The position numbers and the translations under genes are program-made. This document shows, in pieces, positions 33,101-43,592 of a stretch of DNA of 43,592 nucleotides. The stretch covers positions 545,975 through 589,566 of the forward strand of contig NMRA01000086.1 in the NCBI GenBank assembly GCA_002633005.1, in the 5' to 3' direction. Positions within the stretch are counted from its first letter, which is position 1. Every line of letters starts with the position of its first letter. Below the pieces are notes generated by a model. That model worked only from the letters and a program-made list of their open reading frames with translations, was not told where the DNA came from and ran no database searches. The DNA is from Phoronis australis. Its lineage: Eukaryota; Animalia; Phoronida.

Positions 33101-36100
33101 GTTTATGCAGAACTGTTCTCTAGAAATGATTTGTCAAAAAATTAATTAATATGACGGACTATCACAAATTTAAAAGGACAAGAGCAAGATGTCCTTGGTC
33201 TTTAAGCGTAGGACCCTCGAGAAATGGCCAAATTTGGCAAACTTTGGTACATCTTATCCCAGAAATGGCTGATCCGATTGATAAGAAACTTTCAGAAACC
33301 ATAGGAACTGCTTTTAAAATTTTCCACTTTTTGCATTAGTGAACATCAAAAAATAGGACATCTATGATTTTTATGGAAAAACTCAAAAGTAGCGTCAAAC
33401 GAAAACAAAATAATTTAAAAAACTATGAGCGTTTTTGAAATTTCATCTTGAATATTTATACCAAGCAAGTTTTGGTTATGTTATTGATACCATTCTTTTG
33501 ATTTATCTTTCTTTTTACTTAAATTTTACTAAAAATACAAGGTCACGTGAACCAATTAATGGCAGAGTAGTATAAAGTATAAAATCAAATTCTACCAGAA
33601 CTAGGCAATATTGTTACATACTTTTAAAGAGTTAAAATCTATAGGTTTGTACATATTTGGCTAAACACACCACCATGTGGACAATGTCCTAAATACACCC
33701 CCAAGTGGACAATGTCCTAAATACACCACCAAGTGGACAATGTCCTAAATACACCCCCAAGTGGACCATGTCCTAAATACACCACCAAGTGGACAATGTC
33801 CTAAATACACCCTCAAGTGGACAATGTCCTAAATACACCCCCAAGTGGACAATGTCCTAAACACACCACCATGTGGACAATGTCCTAAATACACCCTCAA
33901 GTGGACAATGTCCTAAATACACCCCCAAGTGGACAATGTCCTAAACACACCACCATGTGGACAATGTCCTAAATACACCCCCAAGTGGACAATGTCCTAA
34001 ATACACCCCCAAGTGGACAATGTCCTACATAACCATAGAGTGACTATAAACCCACATTCCATCCAAGACTGACCTTTATATTTAGATGACTTTCTGCAGT
34101 AAAGTTCATCTGAACACGTTCCTTTGTCAGATGACCAGCGATTTCTGGGTTTGCAAATAACTGGCAGTTGGTTATTCGTTGAGACCACCCATAAAAAGAC
34201 AACTCCATGAAAAGCCTGGACAGGAGCAATAAAGAAATGCCAGTTCTTTCAAAGCCCTCACATTACCGTTAATTCCACCATGGAACAATTCAAGAATAAT
34301 TTGGAAATGGTAAATGGTCTAATATAAAAAATAATTGCAGGCGATCTGGTACACGTTGTATCAGACGTGCGCAGACCTCGCATGTGGGCCCATTGCACTG
34401 ATCACCTGGAAATAGTTTTATGCTTTATTGATATATGGTTAAAACCGAGCTGAGGAGCTAGAAACCTGGCTCAAGGGTTTAGCAGTGTGACCTGGTGGGA
34501 CTTGAACCCACGACCTCGAGTAAAGAAAGCGGGCACTTATCAACCAGGCCACACTGCCTCCTCCAGTAAATGGTCTAAATCAAAGCTTGACTTTTGTCAT
34601 GGAAGGTGGGTCTATAGTCGAGCTAAGGGTTGACGCAGGTTTATGTAAACGATTGCTGCCAAACGTAAGGGAACACATGAACTTGCAAAAGAGTTGATAC
34701 CTTTTTCACTTGCCATTACTTTTCCAGGTAGGATAACTATTTTTGCCACTTTCCATGTATTCCAGGTTTTCCTCAACCAGTGGGCACCATGCTAACTCAT
34801 AAAGCTTTTGCACACGCTCCCAGACTTAACATATGGTTGGACCTATTTTCATAAGTTCAAGGAACTATTTGCAGTGTTATAACTAAAACTGATATAAGAG
34901 TCCAACTTTCTAGTACTCATGTTGCTTGATGGCTTTGTTGATGCACTATTTTATTTTGTAGTGCGTAAGGTTACGTCATACTACGTGTGTCAATTGGTTA
35001 AGCTTCTTATATAACAGACTTTCCGGTACTATCTGGCCTTCTTGACATGAACCGCTATACTGGTAACGCGTACAACGCTAACGATGTTTTATGGAGCCTA
35101 GAGCCTATATCATTGTAAGTTTATACTATTTTTTCGCATATTACCGTAGAATTCACTGGCTGTTTCTCGTATTGTGTAAGACTGTTTAATTAGCCCATGC
35201 TGTATTACGTGGAATATCTTTATTGTATTGTAACGTGAACGCTGTATTTCCAAAGACTTATTATTCGTTATATTTGTTTCAGTGAAACCGGCCTTGTCGG
35301 ACAGTAAGCATAACGTCAACCTTGTTCAGAATAAACGTATCATATCCGACTATCCCGTGTGTTCAATGCCCATGGCTCCTACAGGCTTGATCAAAAAATA
35401 AAAGCAAAAACCCAAAATTAGTAAACCAAGATGAAATAAAAATACACTTCCAAAGACACATAAGTCAAAGAAATTCAAAATTATTGTTTACATATTTAAA
35501 GAAGGAAAGTTTTTTTCATGACATTTTACCGAAAATACAGTTCGTTGATTTTCCCAGACATATGTTTCAGTTAATTACGGCTTCCAGTAATTTTATTAAT
35601 TAGTTGTTCCCTAATCCAGAAATGACATTTAGGGGGTTAAAGATTTCCCACCATTTTGTTTCTGCATTCGAGTTTACTGTGAGGATCTGTTCCATCGTTG
35701 CTTTTGTGCTGGTTTCCTAAAATTGCCGTCACCACTTCTCGTTGACGAGTATTCTACGACAAGCTAGGTTGTTAAAGAACTCAATTACATTGGATTTAGG
35801 GATAGTTTAGTACACCTGGTACACAGCAACCTTGCGGCATGCTGAATGACTCATTAACAAACGCAAACGACGACCAAACTTATCACAATCGAGGTAAAAT
35901 AATGACTGACTCATCAGGTCACACAGTCAGACTATATGAAAACAAAATGGCAGGACATTCTTAATCCCCTAAACGTCACTTCCGGAGTAAGGTATAACTA
36001 ATAAATCAAATTAAGGGAAATCATTATTAACTGAAAAACATGTCTGGGATATCCAACGAACTGGGTTTTTTTTACTAATAATGATATGAAAAAAGGTTGC

Positions 36101-39100
36101 CTTTCTTCTTTAAGAAAGTGACATCTTCCAAAGGTAATTCACACACCACAGTTATGACCTCTCAAAGTAGATATCTACCCTATGTCTACGTCAGTGGAAC
36201 TCACTTCAGATTAGCCGTCTTTGAAGTGGCATTGAAACACTCATCACGCGACAGAATCCTGTGAGAGAAATGCTTCCCATCTGGGTCCATGTAGCGCGCG
36301 ATTGTGTGGGCGTACATGCGAACACCAAAAGTACATATGTGCATCTCATAGAGTTTGGAGATGTTCTCTAAAAATGCTTGGGTGCCCGGTCGGAACTTAG
36401 TATGGTACCACGTCATGGCATCATTGTGAATCAGCTGGAAGTGGTAAACATCCTGTAATAGACAAAACAGTCGTTAAGTGGTAAACATCCTGTAATAAAC
36501 AAAACAGTCGTTAAGTGGTAAACATCCTGTAATAGACAAAACAGTCGTTAAGTGGTAAACATCCTGTAATAGACAAAACAGTCGTCAAGCCATAGCTTAA
36601 TACAGAATTATGCAACATGAACGTATTTTACACCAACTACATGAGAGACATGATTAATGGCCTTATTTCTCATTAGCACAAGCTGCGTTCAATATCCCAC
36701 ACATGCATCACACCTGTCTTTTTATAAAAACAAATCTTTTCTGAAGAACTTTTCTTCTTTTTCACAAACATTATTCTTTTCTTACGGGCAGTGCAAAACT
36801 GTCCGTCAGAAGGCACAAAAAAGCACATACTTGTAGAAGAACTGTCTGCAAACAGCACCTGATAATTTGCGAGAACAAAATGTTGTTCATGAGACAAGAA
36901 CTGGCAGTGGTTATCAAGTAAATGAATGTGCTTGGAATAATTTTCTATCAGCAAGAAAATACAACTGGTGAGAAATAAGTCGGAAAGCGAAAACCAACGC
37001 CTTCATGAGGTCTCAATATAACAAGCTGCAGGTTACATTTGTGAAATAAAATTTGTAAATTCGAGCTGAGATTTTGGAATTAGCCAAGCATATGCGGCCT
37101 GTAAAATTTAACTCATGTGAGCAGACTTTTCAACACCAACAAGAATAGAAGCAACTCGTGTGAATGTCATTTTAGTTTAAAAATGCATAGTTGACTTGAC
37201 AGTTGCCAAGTTTTCTGTAAAAGTACACTCGACTCACAGTTGTGATATTCCATTTGGACTAAAAGCATTATTGAAAAAAACACAAGCACAGAGTTTTCTA
37301 CCAAATTTTTAGATATGTTTACCTTCAAGTTGGGGGGAATGTTGTCATTGGTCGTATGGAGGAGAGTCTGGTCCAAGTCAACCAATAAGACGAGTTTACG
37401 TGAACTTCGAAGGCGTTGTTCGTCGGCTAGGCCTATTTCTAGAGCATGCTGAAAAATCAGCCAACACAGATTATGAGGTAGACCAAAAGATGCTTTTGTG
37501 TTTGTAGTGTGAACTGCTCTTAACAGTGAGAACTGCTCAATGTGAACTGCTCTCAATTCAACACCATATTTGCACAAGTTCTATGACAATCTGCCAAAAT
37601 AATACACTGCCAACTAACCCAGATGACAAAGTATGAAAGAGATTAACTGCTAAAATTGACCTTTTATCATTTTTCACACACTTTTGAAAAAATGCTTGAA
37701 ATTTTTCAAAAACATTGCTTGATGATAACCATGTTCTGTAAAGGGTGTTAAAATGGTGCTGTTTATCTTTTTTGAAAAAATGTACAAATAAAATGTTACT
37801 AGTCAGCCATAGCGTGTCCTAAATTGCAGATTTCACACTACAAGGTATGATACAAATGATGGTCTAATGTTTGAACAACGGTTCTGTCTTAAACATGTTT
37901 GTTTATTACAGTACCAGGCATGGTGCCTATTTTTTGCAAGCAGCAATGTGGTTAGGCTGTGTTGACATCAGTACCTGTTGACTGATGATAAGCTCAGGAA
38001 CACAGTGCACCATGGCAACAGATGCTGACACTGTTTCTTTACGCAGACCTGGCCTGCCACCATCTCTGAAAAAATAATGAAGTGATAATAAAACATGCTT
38101 CACAATGGATAACAGAAAATTTGAGAAAACCCAGTAGGTTGGTAACTTAAAAGAAAATGAGATCTACTTATGCTCCTTGTTTCGAAAGACAATCTTCAAT
38201 CAAGGATTTGAACACTTGAAAGTATGTATGTGAAAAAAACATGGACTTCAGAATAAACAACAAATGTGAACTTGATCAATATAAAAATGAAGTATATTAT
38301 GCAGTAAACGACAAAAATGTTATTTGAATGGCTTTAACAAAACATGCACATTAAAATATGTCAGTAATCTACAATATTGTAGAAACGACACAATAGTTAG
38401 TAATGGTCACTTATGGGGTCCCATATTCTGAGAACCAGTTTTCTCCACTGAATAAAGGGTATCCAGCTGGTTCTCAAAATCTATGACCCCACGAATGATT
38501 ATTGGCCAGTAATCAATTGCAGGATAGCACAAATACAATAGTGAAGAGTGATGGTAGGTAGCATCAGGTGAAGAACAACAAGCCAATGACATACTGTCTT
38601 AAGTCAGCTCCACACTCTGCACACATATCCTTCATCACAACAGCATGTTCACAATCTCGCACTTGAAGAAGCATTGACCTGTAATGGGAAACAAGATATT
38701 TTCAAATAGTTGTGTTAAACACACAGTGATTGCAACAAAACTAACATGGTTTTCATTCTCACTTTGGTTTACTAATTACTTCATTCACTATTAACTCACA
38801 GCCGACTCCTCTTTAATTCTATATTACGTCAATGTAAAACAATATACTGTATTACAACATCACTTTTACATTCCTTTCCAGGCATTATTATTGGAGAGAC
38901 GATGCCTGCGAGTCGTAACATCTCAAGCACAGCTTATTATCATCTCTATTGCAGGGCTTGGAATGACCAATGACAAAAAACGCGGAAACTTTTACGGCCC
39001 AAATCATGGCCGATAACCAGCCTTGAAATGGCCAATGTGAACCTTTCCCCCACAAAAATCGGGGAGGACTAAAAAAAAAAAAAAAAACCGTCACCACCAT

Positions 39101-40839
39101 CAGTAGCATGCGTCTGCGTCCTTTTAGCTCGCCCGTCCACTCCCAACCCACACATTTTTGGCTGTAGAGCGGTAGTATTTGTCGCTGCGCTTAACAATAA
39201 CGCGAGACGCCATTGAAAATCCACCACACTGTCCCAGATGCCCCGGCAATGTTGACAATTTACCTTCCTCCGAAACATAAAGACCAACTTTCGCTTTTCG
39301 AGGTGAACGTCGTCTGCAACGCTGCGGTAAGAGAAAGGAATTTGCCGCGAAAATTTTATATCAAATCCGATTTTTTTACACGGAAATATTGTAAAAAAAG
39401 CGGAAAGCACATTTCAAAAAAGCGGAAATCCGCGTTTCCGCGGAAAATTCCAAGCCCTGCTATTGTCTCCAATATAAAATTTGCTGGTTGCCCTAGTATT
39501 GTGTTGGCCATGCAGTTAAGATCTTGAATGTATGGGAACTCCCACTTATTATGGAAAGAGTCCTTAAGCACGGTTCTTCCCAAGAAAGAAATATGATTGC
39601 CCTTGGTCACCAAAGGCAGATAGGTCCAAGAAGCTTCCAGTGGCAATCAATTCAAACACACCAATTGTAATGCAATGTATGGTCCATTTTACGGCAGAAC
39701 CGGAGAAGAAAATCCACAGCCACAGGTATGAGACTAGATGCTATATATTTAAGTATTTTTCAAGAAATGTTTTTATTAAAGCAAGTCGCGCAGGATGACT
39801 CGCGATTTTCAAGTTGCTTGTACCTCTCAATTGTACAAGTGATCAGACTTGGAAGACTTGAATTGTACGACTCTTCTTTTTATTTCATGAACACGATACA
39901 CATGGGTGAGAAACAACATGACTGCCGGTCCTCCTAATTGGACACAAAACAGGAACTGCAGGGATGAAATGGGACCGCCAAACCAGAAAATGGGACGCAC
40001 TTAAAAACATGACCACCGGACAGAATGTTATCAAAATGCCAGTTAGTGATACTGGTTATGACACTTTACCTGAGAACCAATTATCTTCAAACGTGTTTTT
40101 TTACTTGACTAAAGCATCAAATTGGAAAAAAATAACGCAGGGGATAATATTACATTTAGCAAAAAATGTTTGGTTTTTGGTAAGATTTATTAATTTTAAA
40201 TATTGTTGTAGTCTTAGGGCCAGAGAGTATCGGCGTACTTTTTTCCTCGAAAAAAAGTGTGCATTTATCATTTTTACAGGTTTACTCTGTTCGCTGTCTT
40301 GATTGGACAGGTTGTTTATACATCATGACAATTGAGTGGTGGGGTGGTCAAGTTTCTGGCAGTCATGTTCAGTCTCAGGTGGTCCTGTATTGCCATGGGG
40401 CAGCCGTGTTTTTAGGTGTGGCGGGTCCATTGATACCGTAGGCCGTAGGCGTAGCCATAGATGCGTAGATCCTATTTCGTTGGTTAGTCCGTTCCATTTG
40501 AAGGACCGGCGGTCATGTTTTGGGTCTGGTGGTCATGTTGTTTCTCACCCGTTATACAGAAGCAACAAATTTGCATTCATTGAGTGTGATCAACTTTGAC
40601 AAGAGTAGTTAGTTATTATATTCGCACCCAGGTGGCATCACATGTCCTTCTTTGGCATGGGTTTCCTGGACTGTTCCAACAACTTCGCTCTTTAACTTGA
40701 GAAGAGCATTTCCGCCCTCTGGCTTGTATGTTAGCAGGAGCTTTCCGACATTGATCTTAGTTCCTTTCCTTACATGCCATTTCGTTATTTTGCAAAAGTC
40801 ATCCCCTGGTAAGTAAATCGGCGAAATATTCGCCGCCAT
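28674..40839 (-). CDS. CTDP1: RNA polymerase II CTD phosphatase FCP1; complement(join(28674..30116,32799..32997,36205..36452,37323..37448,37975..38065,38595..38678,40628..40839)), 2403 nt, 800 aa
   Basis: Contains CEHAVVMKDMCAECGADL, the catalytic KLVLLVDLDQTLLHTT (DxDxT), RILSRDEC, LFPCGDSMVVIIDDREDVW, a BRCT domain (LKGCNIVFSG...THVVAARLGTEKV...VTPDWL) and an acidic C-terminal helix (SVDEEMAAEVE). All introns are GT-AG with matching phases. Confidence 0.95.
30633..32080 (-). mobile_element. Apparently complete HINE-like element with subterminal inverted repeats and about 9 internal ~145-bp monomers
   Basis: Minus strand: TTTTTATGCGCTCACATATTTATATGTGGATGCAT hairpin head, GTCC/GTCT tract, then the tandem array. 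Inverted ATGCGCCCAC (30633-30642) / GTGAGCGCAT (32066-32075). Confidence 0.75.
32799..32997 (-). CDS. CTDP1: CTDP1 coding exon 6 (ALFPCGDSMV...ERGK)
   Basis: tttgcag|G GCT CTG ... AAG|gtgagt. Confidence 0.92.
33661..34024. repeat. Minisatellite, 28-bp unit (CTAAATACACCCCCAAGTGGACAATGTC), 13 copies
   Basis: Directly visible. Confidence 0.96.
34320..34563 (-). mobile_element. tRNA-derived SINE-like element
   Basis: Minus strand has A-box-like TGGCCTGGTTGA and B-box GGTTCAAGTCCC, followed by a ~170-bp body ending in an AT-rich tail. Confidence 0.6.
35500..36109. mobile_element. TTAA-flanked MITE with long (~165-bp) imperfect terminal inverted repeats (Kolobok-like AG..CT ends)
   Basis: TTAA at 35496-35499 and 36110-36113. 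Left CAGTTCGTTGATTTTCCCAGACAT...CCATTTTGTTT pairs with right AAACAAAATGG...ATGTCTGGGATATCCAACGAACTG. Confidence 0.78.
36205..36452 (-). CDS. CTDP1: CTDP1 coding exon 5 (DVYHFQL...SKTANLK)
   Basis: attacag|GAT GTT TAC CAC TTC CAG ... CTG AA|gtgagt. Confidence 0.93.
36439..36585. repeat. Tandem repeat, 37-bp unit x4, spanning the CTDP1 intron 4 / exon 5 acceptor
   Basis: AAGTGGTAAACATCCTGTAATAGACAAAACAGTCGTT starts at 36439, 36476, 36513 and 36550. Confidence 0.96.
37323..37448 (-). CDS. CTDP1: CTDP1 coding exon 4 (catalytic DLDQT motif)
   Basis: tttttcag|CAT GCT CTA ... TTG AAG|gtaaac. Confidence 0.94.
37975..38065 (-). CDS. CTDP1: CTDP1 coding exon 3 (DGGRPG...ASVAMVHCVPELIISQQ)
   Basis: ttttttcag|A GAT GGT ... 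CAA CAG|gtactg. Confidence 0.92.
38595..38678 (-). CDS. CTDP1: CTDP1 coding exon 2 (SMLLQVRDCEHAVVMKDMCAECGADLRQ)
   Basis: cattacag|G TCA ATG ... AGA CA|gtatgt. Confidence 0.92.
38952..39459. mobile_element. hAT-like MITE, 13-bp perfect TIR, 6-bp TSD (CTATTG)
   Basis: CTATTG + CAGGGCTTGGAAT ... ATTCCAAGCCCTG + CTATTG. Confidence 0.82.
39901..40553. mobile_element. MITE with a 19-bp perfect TIR core and 5-bp TSD (ATACA)
   Basis: ATACA + cat GGGTGAGAAACAACATGAC ... GTCATGTTGTTTCTCACCC gtt + ATACA; subterminal AACATGACC repeats. Confidence 0.78.
40628..40839 (-). CDS. CTDP1: CTDP1 coding exon 1 (MAANISPIYLP...KWHVRKG...LKLKSEVVGTV...PPG)
   Basis: aaaATGGCGGCG start; CCT GG|gtgcga phase-2 donor matches exon 2. 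Confidence 0.88.
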
Positions 40840-41256
40840 TTTCAAAAAATTTTGACGTCATTTCCTACAATGCGCTCATAATAAATATTTTAAGCATTGC
40901 AATAAATAATGAGAACTTAACTAAGAATTGCAAATTATTTAGATAAAGACAATCAATTGTAATAAATATATTTTTAAATTTATGTAATGATATAAATATT
41001 TAAGAAGCATTTAGTTGTTGAACACTAACGTTCAAAATACATTTTGGTTACTTATGTGTATTAGTTACGCGGGGTTTTTGCTACTGGTTGAAAAACGCAG
41101 GAAAACGGAAAACAAGCAAGATGGAGATCCAGATTGAACAAAATGCAATCAGCCTGATTTTTTCTTAATGTGTGTAAGTAAACTTGTTTTTCACTTAAAC
41201 GGTTGCAATGAGCAAGGTGTCAGTTGACTCAGATTTTGCATGCACCCCCGCCATCG

Positions 41257-41762
41257 TTAGCTGTATACTGGGGAACCCAATGGTCGTCCGCCTAAGCATA
41301 AAACCGACTTGCTGTTGTACTCACCGAATTATTCCACTTCAAAGTTATCATCTGAATAGGATTCGATTTAACTCTCACAGATATACCGCATTCATCGATT
41401 CGGAAGTTTTGGTAATTGTTTACAATATGACGACATTGACTTACACAAATGATTTTGGTATTGTTCGATTCCTTGCAACGTTATCTTCCTAAAGATACAA
41501 CGAATTTTTTTCTACCCTGCTCCCTTACTATTTTATCGTGAAATTTCGGCTCGGACTATTTCCCGGTACTCGGTAATAACACTGCCATGTTGAATGGAAG
41601 GAGTCACCTGGCGTTCCAAAACTGAACTAATTTACCGACTTCTGCAGATTGTCGCTTTTCACAAGTTCAAATTGACCGCCGAAACCCGTCTATCTCCTGC
41701 TTGAGTTACGGTCCTAAGGGTTCGAATTCGATCCTATGGTGACCCTGGTACGCATCTGCTAT
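41257..41762. mobile_element. Interspersed repeat / putative MITE with TAG..CTA termini (possibly Academ-like)
   Basis: The first ~140 bp are shared with 24185-24330 (inverted). Weak terminal complementarity: TAGCTGTATACTGGGGAACC / GGTGACCCTGGTACGCATCTGCTA. The right boundary and superfamily are tentative. Confidence 0.5.
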
Positions 41763-43592
41763 AAGCAAGAATCCGCGAAAAAGCGGAAGTTGTTTTTGAG
41801 GTCCCAATTGGTGAACAGGGTTTCACTTCAAACAATTTTCGTGGAAAAATGGTCAAATGGTCACAATTATAAATAAAAACTGGAAAAGGTGAAATGCTGC
41901 TACTTGTTCCTCCATATTATGTCGGGGGAAACTAGCGCGAATCTCGCGCGGGCAAACACCATTCATTAACAACATGTGTCGCTGCAATCTTGAGAGGAGT
42001 TGAGCTAACATGGCGGTGTCAATCGGGAAATAGTGCGACCCGAAATTCGACAATAAAATACAGAGGAATCGCGGTAGGGAAACATTCATATATTTTTGGA
42101 ANACCTACATGTAGTTTGTTTTAACACTTTAAAACGCTACATTCAATGTCCTGTATGTTTGGGGTGTGTTCCACAGACCGAAGAAAATCGCAAACAACGT
42201 AAGATAACGCAAAATTTCTCAAGATATCGCCATACATTACAAGTGAAGTACGTGAACACACTAGCTTTTCTCGCGAGTTTCTTGGCTCTACCGAACGACA
42301 CTCAGACCTCGACGAACGACTAATAGTAAAGTGGTAAATTCCACTTCTGCTCAGACATCGTGGTGGAGAATTGCGGGTCATCTGGGTTGTCACAAGGGGG
42401 CCCTGGTGAGCAATGAACTCAAAACTTTCAGTAACTGCTTTCCTTTCAAGCTCAGAGATAGCGAGCAGTAAGTAAAACTGTAACTACATGTAGTAACGTT
42501 AATTCGCGCTGTAAGACCCATGCTCAAATAGATAAATATTTCTTTTTATTTTATTAAAGTGACAACTACCACAATATATCATTCATGTACACAATTTTAA
42601 ATAGAAGACCCCAACCACGTGTGGGTTTACAAGTCACTAATTGATAAAAAATAATCATTGATTACAAAATTCCACAACACCCGAAAAATTTAACAGGAAT
42701 AATTTACTGTCCTTATTCAAATACAGTTATGTTCAGAGGATAAAGCAAAATAGCACAAATCGGTTCTGGTCTGCGGCGCGACTTATTTTCAAAAAGCACC
42801 TCCCCCCCGTATCCGCCCGAAACTCGCCCGTCAACACCTGCAACGGCAATCAAATAATCACATCACTGAAGCTGATATGAGATATGAAGAACGGCACCAC
42901 TTTTGTTAACTTTGTGGAAAACTAAACAAGTAAATACTGTATACCGCATCACTTTAACAATTTCCAAAACACAGACCAGAACCAACTACGCTTTTCTGCC
43001 TAATGTGCTGTAAATTGGGCATTTGTGAAAAGTTGTACTTAGAAATCAAAAAAAAAAAAAAAAAAAAAATCCCAGTCCTGTTCTCCAACCTCGTCATTAC
43101 ACAAAATACGCGTCTTTCTGTTGGGACAAAAACGCTACAGACTGACTCAAACTGCACCTCATTGCTTGAAAAGAAAAAGCCCTCGCAGGTGTTATTTTTG
43201 GCAAATTTCTCGGTGTCCGTTTTCAAAAACCACAAAGAAGAGTGGAAGCTTTATTTCAAACGAAGTGACCCGACAACTTAGCTACAGCCACACCCTTGTT
43301 TCGTAATTCTGCAAGAGCGCCGTTTTGGTGTATTTTAAACAACTTTGATACCAAAATGAATGCGTCAGCATGTAAACTATACCTTACTAGGCAGGCAACA
43401 AGCAATCAGAGTCTACATACATGGGCGGTGCAGCCCACGTCCTGGGTCAGACTCTTCATTTTTCATACATACATGTATGATGACCTAATTATATTGACTT
43501 TTGAACTTACTAATTAGAGAACCTAATGCTCGTTCTCCTGATTCTGCAACCACTTTTGATTTGATTTCTTATCATATTCAAGAACCTCATTG

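Overview
This is eukaryotic (animal) genomic DNA: AT-rich, with GT-AG introns and many repeats. The repeat types suggest an invertebrate such as a mollusc, but that is inference only. Three intron-containing housekeeping genes can be rebuilt by hand with consistent splice phases: CHMP1A (+, 7 coding exons, 2650-15175), MRPS17 (-, 2 coding exons, 25107-21140) and CTDP1/FCP1 (-, 7 coding exons, 40839-28674). Introns and spacers hold two decayed LINE fragments, tRNA-derived SINE-like heads, TTAA-flanked Kolobok-like elements, other MITEs, Helentron-associated (HINE-like) elements with internal ~145-bp satellite arrays, and eight minisatellites. There is no prokaryotic-type system, CRISPR array or rRNA. 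The most notable observations are: (i) tandem duplications spanning 3' splice sites in two genes (4x37 bp in CTDP1, 2x75 bp in-frame in MRPS17); (ii) HINE-borne arrays whose monomers carry a CTCF-consensus-like motif; (iii) a deleted Kolobok-like element with a frameshifted THAP finger and a convergent possible KolX remnant nested in one array; (iv) a stop codon and AATAAA overlapping the last CHMP1A donor site. All calls come from reading the sequence; no database search was run.
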